Shown here piece after piece: positions 23,550-33,680 of a stretch of DNA of 64,000 nucleotides; position 1 is the stretch's first letter, and every line of letters begins with the position of its first letter. This stretch comes from Ranitomeya imitator (Eukaryota). The notes below the pieces were generated by a model. It searched no databases. It had not been told where the DNA came from and saw nothing but the letters and a program-made list of their open reading frames with translations. The stretch lies in contig NC_091283.1 in assembly GCF_032444005.1 (NCBI RefSeq), positions 499,038,001 through 499,102,000 on the forward strand, given 5' to 3'. The position numbers and the translations under genes are program-made.

Positions 23550-23750
23550 ATGCTGGCTGGATTGTATATAACAAGCACTTTTAACCTGTCGTATCCCCCT
23601 TATAGATTGTAAGTTTGTGAGTAGGATCCTCACTCCTCCTGGAACTGTTGAATTATGTGTTACTCAGTAATGTCTTTATTGTCTATACATGTCCCCGCTT
23701 AAATGAAAAGTGCTGGGGAATATGTTCGCATTATAGAAATAAAATTATTA
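23513..23750 (+). repeat. (TTA)n microsatellite followed by a decayed L2-type 3' tail
   Basis: TTA repeats at about 23513-23549, then TAGATTGTAAG...AAAGTGCTG.GGAATATG..TATAGAAATAAA resembling the L2 3' UTR at 57520-57676. Confidence 0.55.
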
Positions 23751-24473
23751 TCATGTTTCATGATTATTTCATTAATAGAACTGTGTCAGGGTTTGGTTTC
23801 TTTGCGGCCTCAAACGGAAATGTGTGCCAAGGTAGACACCACCTGTTTGGTCTCTTATTTGCTGGTTGTTATTGAAACTAGAAAATGACATTTCGGAAAA
23901 ACCATGATAAGTCGTTGCATTATTCCTTACGCTATTTTATGATAAACCATTGTATGGAGAATGCTAAAAAATGTGACAACGATGCCGTCTTGTTAGTTTA
24001 TGGGACTAGACTTTTAATTATGTATTTTGTATTAATGACGCACTTTAATAATGATGTGATTACTGTGTTTGGCTGACAACACTCGTTTGTTTAGTAGGTT
24101 CTGTTATTGCTTATGGGTGCAGTCTTTTAATAGTTTTGTTGGCATACAAAACTTCGGATATTGCATGATGGGCAATGAAATAGGTGTGTACATTCTCTTT
24201 TCTGGCTCCAGTTATAAGGGCTGTAAAGATAGAATAATTTTCAATTTTCTGTTAGGGAGAGTTGAGACCATTGATGAATCGCAATCCTTGATAACGAAAG
24301 GTCTGTCGGGAATTAACCTTTTTTTGGGATACATTTCCTGCTCCCATTTCTTTAGCAGGTGTGATGGTATCCTGTAAGGATTAGCATGACACCGACACTT
24401 GGGTGTAGATAACCAGTGTTATGCAAAACATGTGACTGTGATTCAAACACACAATTAACAATAGAGAGCTTAA

Positions 24474-25154
24474 GGTACCGTCACACTAAGCGACGCTGCA
24501 GCGATACCGACAACGATCCGGATCGCTGCAGCGTCGCTGTTTAGTCGCTGGGGAGCTGTCACACAGACAGCTCTCCAGCGACCAACGATCCCGAGGTGCC
24601 CGGTAACCAGGGTAAACATCGGGTTACTAAGCGCAGGGCCACGTTTAGTAACCCGATGTTTACCCTGGTTACCAGCGTAAAAGTAAAAAAAAAACAAACA
24701 CTACATACTTACCTTCCGCTGTCTGTCCCTCGGCGCTCTGCTTCTCTGCCCTGTGTAAGCACCGCTCTGCTTTCCGGCCGCTGTGCTTACACAGGGCAGA
24801 GAAGCAGAGCGCCGAGGGACAGACAGCGGAAGGTAAGTATGTAGTGTTTGTTTTTTTTTACTTTTACGCTGGTAACCAGGGTAAACATAGGGTTACTAAG
24901 CGCGGCCTTGCGCTTAGTAACCCGATGTTTACCCTGGTTACCAGCGAAGACATCGCTGAATCGGCGTCACACACGCCAATTCAGCGATGTCTGCAGGGAG
25001 TCCAGCGACGAAATAAAGTGCTGGACTTTCTGCAGTGACCAACGACATCACAGCAGGATTCTGATCGCTGCTGTGTGTCAAACTGAACGATATCGCTAGA
25101 CAGGACGCTGCAACGTCACGGATCGCTAGCGATATCGTTTAGTGTGACGGTGCC
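24474..25154. mobile_element. Complete MITE (681 bp) with GGTACCGTCACAC TIRs and nested palindromes
   Basis: TAA|GGTACCGTCACAC ... GTGTGACGGTGCC|TTA. Long inverted arms each contain the ~70-bp hairpin. Confidence 0.9.
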
Positions 25155-25349
25155 TTAAGAGATTTCAGCCTGTAGAAAATGGCAATAGTAATTATACTCG
25201 GTGTCTGAAAAATATAGTGAATTGGTCAGATGATGGAACTTTGCCACTGTCTTTATTAACATGTTGGGAAACTCTTTGCAGCTGGAGAATAGCAGTTTCT
25301 GAAGATTAGTCTCTCGGCATGGAAAACAGGGAAGCCTATAGTAGCTTAA

Positions 25350-26020
25350 AGGGTTGTTCAGTCCAAATTAACTGCAGACTTATGAATCCCCCCAGAGCAC
25401 ACACTGTGCGCTGTGGGAATTCGCCGGTTTCTGACCCGGGATTCCCTGGCTATGAGTATGTATAATGCATACATAATGCAAAAAAGAGGTGGACAGGCAC
25501 ATCCAATTACAGGCACATCTTGAAGCTTTATTCCAAATGGATATCTTTAAAAGTCCATACAAGGATGATGTGATACAGGAACCGCTCTGACGCGTTTCTG
25601 GTTCCTACTGTGCCCTTAGCAGTGGCTCTATGACAAAGGGCGCAATAGATGCCAGAAACTCGTAAGAGAGATTTCTGTACCACATCATCCTCATATGGAT
25701 TTTTAAAGATATGCAATTGGAATAAAGCTCCAAGATTTTTTATTACTGGATGTGCCTGTCCACCTCTTTTTTGCATTGGATATTTCTGGTTGGTCAGCAG
25801 CATTCGAACATCACCCTTTAAAATAAAGACAAGTGTTTCCTAAAATGTGATTACGATGGAAATTTTCTCTTCCATTTTTATATCATGCATACATACCCTC
25901 CAGTCCCGGGTCAGAAACTGGTGAATCTCTGCAGCTCACAGTGTGTGTGCTGGGGGAATTCATAAGTCTGCAAACACAAAGAGTGACTACAGACTTATCG
26001 ATTTTGACCGGACAATCCCT
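25350..26020. mobile_element. Kolobok/T2-type MITE (TTAA TSD, AGGG termini)
   Basis: TTAA|AGGGTTGTTCAGTCCAAA ... TTTTGACCGGACAATCCCT|TTAA. Inverted arms surround a central insertion. Confidence 0.8.
25476..25884. mobile_element. 409-bp insertion with 11-bp TSD: inverted duplication with head-to-head hammerhead-like motifs (Penelope-like remnant)
   Basis: ATGCATACATA at 25465-25475 and 25885-25895. Inverted arms 25476-25585 and 25670-25778. GAAACGCGTC on the minus strand (25598-25589) and GAAACTCGTA on the plus strand (25655-25664). Confidence 0.65.
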
Positions 26021-26197
26021 TTAAAAACAGTCTCTGCAATATATTTTTCTGCTGTGTCAAGATGGGGTAATTTATCACCACACTGGAACAACTACAGAGT
26101 CTGAGCCTATTGGAATTGTCCACCCTGATCCCTGATCTTTTTTTTTTTTAAACAGTCTTGCATGCCCTATTATAATAGTAAGCTGATTCCCTGCTAC

Positions 26198-26640
26198 TAG
26201 TGATGAGCGAGTATACTCGTTGCTCGGTTTTCCCGTGAAAGCTTGGGTGTCCTTTGAGTATTTAGGCGTGCTCGGAGATTTAGTTTTTGTTGACGTAGCT
26301 GCATGATTTGCAGCTGCTAGACTGCCTGAATACATGTGGGGATTGCCTATTTGTTAGGGAATTAGTGATGAGCGAGTGTACTTGTTGCTCGGGATTTCCC
26401 GAGCATGCTTGGGTGGTCTCCGAGTATTTATGACTGCTCAGAGATTTAGTTTTCATTCCCTCAGCTGAATGATTTACAGCTAACCCGAGGAACGAGTACA
26501 CTCGCTTATCACTATAGGGAATCACCACATGTATTCAAGCTGTCTAGCAGCCGCAAATCATGCAGCTGCATCAACAAAAGCTAAATCTCCAAGCATGCCA
26601 AAATACTCGGAGGACACCCGAGCATGATCGGGAAAACCCA
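26198..26640. mobile_element. hAT-type MITE (TAGTGATGAGCGAG end), right TIR lost, containing a same-family insertion
   Basis: Left TIR at 26198. The palindromic body resumes after 26522. Confidence 0.75.
26363..26514. mobile_element. 152-bp hAT MITE nested in a relative
   Basis: TAGTGATGAGCGAG ... CTCGCTTATCACTA with 8-bp TSD TAGGGAAT (26355-26362, 26515-26522). Confidence 0.88.
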
Positions 26641-28529
26641 GGCGCTATCCAGGTATCTTGTGAGTCTTCTTGCTTCCCCTTCATCCAGATAAGCATGCAA
26701 TGACTTGTCACCATTGTGGCCTTTGATTGGCTGCAGTGGCCACATGTACATATGGTTGGAACAGGATGTACAGCAGATCATTTGGATGTATGGGGATCCC
26801 GAGCATTGCTGGGTAGTGAGTGATGTGGGATAAATTAGGCTGTTTTTGATACTTTTTCTTGGCACTGCAGGCTTGTCTTTGTTTTTTTTGTTGCTATGCA
26901 AACCTTAGGACCAATGTGTCATTCACTCTCTGGAAGAGATGATCAATGACTCAACCCTCCCTCATTTCATGCTTCCTTTTTAACCTGTATCTCAGAAGGC
27001 CTCTTTGGTTCAGAAACCTCTCTGTATCTGTACTTGCAACAATGGGGCCATCATTATTTGAGGTTCCAAATTGAAAGCTGGACCTCAAGTGATGATGGTC
27101 CCAATAACTTTTCATAGACATAAGTCTTTTTCCGAAACTGGCAAGCAATGATATTTTCTCAGAGATCTCACCATTTGGTACTCAGCGTATGAACGCGCCT
27201 AGAATAGAAGTAGTCAAGTTAGTTAGTTGGAACAAAATTTTGCCTTGATTTCTCCATCATTGTCCTGACATGTTACATCTGTGTCTATTATCCAATATTA
27301 TGAGGGTTTTAATCATGTTAACAGTGACTCACAGTTGGTTGCCACAGAAGAAACTATGAGCCATGAACACAACTCATAGATAATATTCCACACTAAGCAG
27401 CATTCCTTTCCGGAGATATAAGTCCAGCCCTCCTTGGAATCAGAAGACGCCAATAAAATAGACAACAATTTACCTCTCCCATTAATTGCTCCAAAAAGTA
27501 CTCATAAAGTCTTAGGGGTACAAATGATTAGGTTGGCTTTTAGTTTTTTTGATTGATGGTTTAACTAGATGCAAGGTAATAATAAATATTTTATGAGTTC
27601 AGACCAGATATGGGTAGTATTGTAATCTCAATGACTTATTGTCTATGCTAAGCTTTATTGTAAGTGGAAGTTTCTGTGATTTAATGGATTAGGAGCTTAT
27701 GAAATGACATTTTATGGATTTATGGTAACTGCAACATAATGTAAATTGAAGAATGTGTGATGAAAGATGAAATGAAGTATAGTACATGCAGCTGCTTTTA
27801 TTAAAGGTCATTATTAAAGGTCATTTCATGCACATATCTGTTCCGCCATCAGATTAATGTAAGATTGAACCATATCTAGACACTTGATGATGGTCTACCT
27901 GATGAGGACCTAAGAATATCCGTATTATGATGTCGTAAAGAACACATCTCCTAGTACTACTTTTTTAACTTGTATTTGTGTTTCCAGTGCACTGTCAAGA
28001 TGAAAGAGTATATATGAGGACCCTGTATATCTGGACATGGTATATGGGATCTGTTTGGCCGTTACATTTGGACAATATCTGCTATATTGTAGCGCTCTTT
28101 AGTCGCACTGTCATTGGAGCACGGGCTCTGCCTGCCTTGGGAATTTTATGTGGGGACTGCCTTGTTGGGAAAGTGTATATGAGCGTACTCTCTGACTGGG
28201 GCAATGTGTAGAGAAGCTCTTTCTAAGAAAAACCATATTGGGGCACTATTAAGCTGACAATAATCACTAAAAGGGAAGTAGAAAAAAATGCATAGCGTTC
28301 TATAGTGTGCAGAACCGTAATCAGAAAAGCGTGGGACACATAAAAAGACAAATAGAGTTCAAAAGGTAGTACCAACTCCTTGGGATATGAAGGAATCAGC
28401 AGCAACTCTTCCCTTTCCCATACCCAGTCTGCTGGAGCATGCTGCTAAGCTACTAATAATAAAAAAAAAAGAGCAGGAGTAACACTGCGCTGCTGAAGAA
28501 AAAGCATTTATTGGTATATGGATGAAAAA

Positions 28530-28629
28530 CAGGGCCATGCATTTTGACCCTAAACTAGTGTCTTGTTCAAGAGGCTGTGTGATGAACTGATGAAGGCATT
28601 GGGTCAGTGCTGAAATGTGCAGTCTTCAT
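28530..28629. ncRNA. Head-to-head pair of decayed hammerhead-like motifs
   Basis: Plus strand: ATGAA-CTGATGA-A-GGCA-TTGGGTCAG-TGCT-GAAATGTGCAGTC^TTCAT (28582-28629). Minus strand: TTGAACAA-GAC..GTC-AAAATGCAT, consistent with a CpG-decayed GTCGAAACGCGT. Confidence 0.5.
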
Positions 28630-29336
28630 TTTCTTTCTCCACCTCCCCTTCTTCTTCCTCTTCTTCCTCTTCTCCAAGCTCTTTTTCAATTTTAGCTATT
28701 ACTATCTAATTGATGCATTGTACATGAAGGCTCTGAAAAACTAGATTACTATCTGGTATGTATGTAGGTGTATTTTTTGGCCTGAGTGCTATATGTTGGG
28801 GCAATGCCTAGTCAGAGCACTATTCTCTTAATAGATCATCCTACGTTGGTGTAAATAATCAGTATTATGATGAGGTGTATGTTAAAAAGCTGCAATCACC
28901 GATTTCTGCAGTTTGAACCTTTAAAAAAAACAAATAAAATAGGAAAAAACATGGCCGTGAAATAACCAATTATGATTAGTGGATCCTGTGTGATTAGCTT
29001 TGTGTAGAGGTGCTATCTGTCATTGTAATCCTGCCTCTGAGCCTGTTGAAAACTCTACTTAAAAGGACAAAGAGGACTAAAACTCTAGTGCCACCGATTG
29101 GAAGTAGCAATCCTAACTGTCAATGTCGACTGTTTAACGAGCCTTGTCACATGACTTAGGATAAGAGCCAAACCAGATCTCAATTTGCAGACACTGTGTT
29201 TTGGGGTACTGCCCCTCGACAAGGCTTATTTCAACTTCCATTTTGGGGGTGACAGGTTCCCTTTAAGTCTCCTCACCTCAACGTGCTTAACATGTCACTC
29301 TCCGCAAGGCGAAAAGATACTTCTTGGATCTTTTAA

Positions 29337-30621
29337 CCCCTATCTGACCTTGGACGGGATAGTACGTCCGAGGTCAGATCCCCTGCTTTGATGCAGGGCT
29401 CCGCGGTGAGCCCGTATCAAAGCCGGGACATGTCAGCTGTTTTGAACAGCTGACATGTGCCCGTAATAGGCGCGGGCAGAATCGCGATCTGCCCGCACCT
29501 ATTAACTAGTTAAATGCCGCTGTCATACGCAGACAGCGGCATTTAACTACCGCTTCCGGCCGGGCGGCCGGAAATGACGTCATCGCCGACCCCGTCACAT
29601 GATCGGGGGTCAGCGATGCGTCTCCATTGTAACCATAGAGGTCCTTGAGACCTCTATGGTTTCTGATTGCCGGTGGCTGTGAGCGCCACCCTGTGGTCGG
29701 CGCTCACAGCACACCTCCATTTCTGCTACATAGCAGCGATCAGCAGATCGCTGCTATGTAGCAGAGGCGATCGTGCTGTGCCTGCTTCTAGCCTCCCATG
29801 GAGGCTATTGAAGCATGGCAAAAGTAAAAAAAAAAAGGTTGAAAAAAATGTTAAAAAAATAAAAAATATATAAAAGTTTAAATCACCCCCCTTTCGCCCC
29901 AATCAAAATAAATCAATAAAAAAAATATAAAATCTACGCATATTTGGTATCGCCGCGCTCAGAATCGCCCAATCTATCAACTAAAAAAAAGCATTAACCT
30001 GATCGCTAAACAGCGTAGCGGGAAAAAAATTCAAAACGCCAGAATTACTTTTTTTTGGTCGCCGTGACATTGCATTAAAATGCAATAACGGGCGATCAAA
30101 AGAACGTATCTGCACCGAAATGCTATCATTAAAAACGTCATCTCGGCACGCAAAAAATAAGCCCTCAACCGACCCCAGATCACGAAAAATGGAGACACTA
30201 TGGGTATCGGAAAATGGCGCAATTATTTTATTTTATTTTTTTAGCAAAGTTTGGAATTTTTTTCCACCACTTAGATAAAAAATAACCTAGTCATGTTAGG
30301 TGTCTATGAACTCGTACTGACCTGGAGAATCATAATGGCAGGTCAGTTTTAGCATTTAGTGAACCTAGCAAAAAAGCCAAACAAAAAACAAGTGTGGGAT
30401 TGCACTTTTTTTGCAATTTCACCGCACTTGGAATTTTTTTCCCGTTTTCTAGTACATGACATGCTAAAACCAATGATGTCGTTCAAAAGTACAACTCGTC
30501 CCGCAAAAAATAAGCCCTCACATGGCCAAATTGACGGAAAAATAAAAAAGTTATGGCTCTGGGAAGGAGGGGAGTGAAAAACGAACAAGGAAAAACGGAA
30601 AATCCCAAGGTCATGAAGGGG
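29337..30621. mobile_element. piggyBac-type non-autonomous element (TTAA TSD, CCCC...GGGG termini), 1285 bp
   Basis: TTAA|CCCCTATCTGACCTTGG ... CCAAGGTCATGAAGGGG|TTAA. No transposase ORF. Confidence 0.85.
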
Positions 30622-32964
30622 TTAAAAGGAAGTATGAGTGAAAAAAAGGCCCAGTGACCTGTGTGAAAACTGCAACATTACTATTTTTTTAGATAAAGAT
30701 ACTGATAGGAAAAAAACAATAACCATTGGCAATATTTCTTTTTAATTTACGCAACTCAAAAACCTGATATAAATTATTGATTTTTTTCTGATGATGGCTT
30801 TCCTTTCACGACTATGCCCATATATTATATGCTCATACATGCATGAAAGTTTATTTCAAATCTTACCTCATCAGATAAAGTGTTATTATCATACGTGGGT
30901 TCTATGTTATTGTTTAAGAAGGATATTATTGTTTGTATAGTAATGGAGTAATTTTCTACTTTACATTTTGGGTGCTGCCACAATGGAGCATCTGTGCATT
31001 TTTGCATTTTGCCAAGGTTTGTTTGTTCTCCATTGGAGCTACTATTTTATTCTGACATCCATTGTAAGAAAAACAGAATGAGAAGGCAGGGATAGTTTAT
31101 TAATCTAATCAAGTAAATGTGAAGAATCACGAAGGTAAAAGGATAGACTGCAAACAAACGGCCAAATAAATATATACGGTAATGTGACAAATGAGTGGCA
31201 ATGGATCGCACCCCTGAAATTATTCAGCAACCTGGGTGATAGTAGGTCAGCTTTGTGGAATAATAAATAATAAAAATAAGGTAACTGATATTACTTAAAG
31301 AGGAGAAAATCCATCTTATTTTTATTGAGGAGTTGAAAAAAAAAATCTTTCTAATCTCCTGGTGACCCTCTGATCTGGAGCTGGTAGTGCCCAGAAACAC
31401 TGCGGTTTTTCTTTTTTTACCCACCTTTTTCTGAAATAAAGCACCACACCTGGTCCCATTTATTTCAATGGAACCAACAAAACCCATAACGGTTATGATA
31501 CCGTTCTAGGTAGAAAGAAGTCATATTTTGTTAACCCCGTACTTTCCTTTTAAATTTTGAACGTTTTTAGCAAATAACAAAATGAAGCACAAGTGTCAAA
31601 ATGAAAAAAGAAACAAAAGGTTGGAGCTGAAACATTGCCTTTGCACCCGGTTTTTGTCTACTTTTGTGTGTCTTGTGCCTTTTTTTTCTTTGTACCCAAC
31701 TCATTATTCCATTTGTGCCTTTTTTAAGCCTATTTGATATGTGCTCACCAAGTTTTGGCTCTCCGCTTTGTGAGCCAAATTTAGCAATTCCAGATGTTTT
31801 TGCCTAGTTCTTCAATTGCTAATTTTTCAAAAATTGCAAAATTTGGCACAACTGCACTCCAATCCCCTGTCCTACTGTTGTATTTTTGAGTACCCCAAAA
31901 GCATTTGGCACAATTGTTGCACCATTTTGCAAAACATGTGTCTTTTAGCACCATAAACATACAAAAACAGTTCAAGGCAGAAAAAAAAGAACAATTTTGA
32001 CATTGCGCCAAATTCATGAATCGCGGGTTTCATTTTGAAAAGTAGACGTAGTAGACTGCATCTAGGTATCGGCCTCCAGTAGGCGTATACACCCGAAAAT
32101 GATGCACAATAGAGCACGCGGTGACTCCGCCTGCACCATTATAGTAAATGATCTGTTGGTGCATACATTCAAAACCTGTTTTGAGGGGGTTTGGACCTAA
32201 GTCCTGACTGGATCACTGTGGGGAAGAACGCAGAGCGAAAGCACCTTAATGCTTGACTTTCCAATTTTCTGGGTGGTCTTACAGCAAATGCTATTCTGTG
32301 TCACAAAACATCATTTTATTGCTCTGAATTAATTTTGGATTGAAATTTTCAATGTAAACATTCTGAATATTATTAAAAAAAATCAATATCCCTTAAAAAT
32401 TTTGATGACTTAAACAGTAACAAAATCCTTTATACAATGTTTTACATTTTTTGTCTTAGTTGCACCAATGTCTTTCTATTATATCTATACTTTGCTCTGT
32501 GTGTAAATTTAGGCAGATGCTGTGCTCTCTTGTTTTTTGACTTGGGGACCCCCACTGATGTTCTTGCAATACAGAGGATGGAAAAATATAAAAAATTGTA
32601 TCAAAGGTTTAGCTACTCTGTAACCCTGCATTTGTTGCCTGATTACTATAGTTTTATATACATCTGTTGCACAATGTATTGTGTAGGAAATTCTGGAACA
32701 CTTGCATTTAGATTCTCAGATAGATTATTGGTTGTTTAGCAAAACTGTTCTTGTTATTGATTTAATTGCATTAGGCTGACATCCAGGAACAACAGCTGAA
32801 CATGAATTGCAGCTTTCTGCTATATGCCTGGTAGAAAAATAAGATAACACCCTGATGCTATGTAGATAATGAGTGTCCATCAACTGGGGAGAAAGATGTG
32901 TTAAAAGAAAATTGGCAGATGCAAAACTACTCCAATTAAACGGTGACACCCAAAGAGTATTTGG

Positions 32965-32971
32965 TATAAAA
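32965..32971 (+). promoter_or_regulatory. TATA box of the keratin gene
   Basis: TATAAAA ~100 bp upstream of an ATG in good Kozak context (ATCACCATGA). Confidence 0.75.
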
Positions 32972-33068
32972 GGAATGACTAAACCAATACATCCATCTGT
33001 GGTCCTGTCTCAGATCCAGCTGTGGAATCTTCTTTGTAGCATTTTGTGGTAGAATATTTTTCATCACC

Positions 33069-33680
33069 ATGAGCATTAAGCAGGGATCTGGATCTAGGAG
33101 CTCAGGGTCGAGCTCAGTAACATCAAGCATTAGAGTATCTTCAGGAAACCAAAGCTCTGGTGGACATTATGGTGGTGGGAAAACTTCAGGGAGCTATGTG
33201 GGAAGCGTCAGGGGTGGAAGCTTAAGTACTGGTTTTGGTGGTGGACACTTTGCTGGATCTGGCTTTAGCAGTGGATCTGGTGTTGGTGCTGGTTGTGGAT
33301 TTGGCGGCTCTGGTTTTAGTAGTAGTTCTGCATATGGAGTAGGTTCAGGATATGGAGTTGGTTCTGGTTTTGGGCAAGGCTCTGGATTTGGTGGTAGTGG
33401 GTTTGCTGGAGGAGTAGGTTTTGGAGGTTATGGTTTAGGCTTTGGAGGTAATCAAGGTGCAGGACATGGAGGAGACCAAGGTCTTCTGTCTATCAATGAG
33501 AAGCTTACTATGCAGAACCTGAATGATCGCTTGGCTACATATCTTGATAAGGTGCGATCTTTGGAGGAGGCCAATGCCGAACTGGAGAGAAAAATACGCC
33601 AATGGTATGAAAGCCAGGGTCCTAAACCAGCTCAAGACTATGGCCACTACTTTAAAACAATTGAAGGTCTACAGAAAAAG
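33069..33680 (+). CDS. Keratin exon 1 (head and coil 1A)
   Basis: ATG ... CAGAAAAAG|GTGAGA, phase 0. Confidence 0.96.

Noticed and set aside
27899-27925. CTGATGA-GGA..TCC hammerhead-like start
   Set aside because: Followed by GTAT rather than GAAA, with no stem I or III.
30850-30872. Minus-strand CTGATGA...GAAA
   Set aside because: Stem II would rely on G-U pairs only and there is no stem I or cleavage triplet; likely chance in AT-rich DNA.
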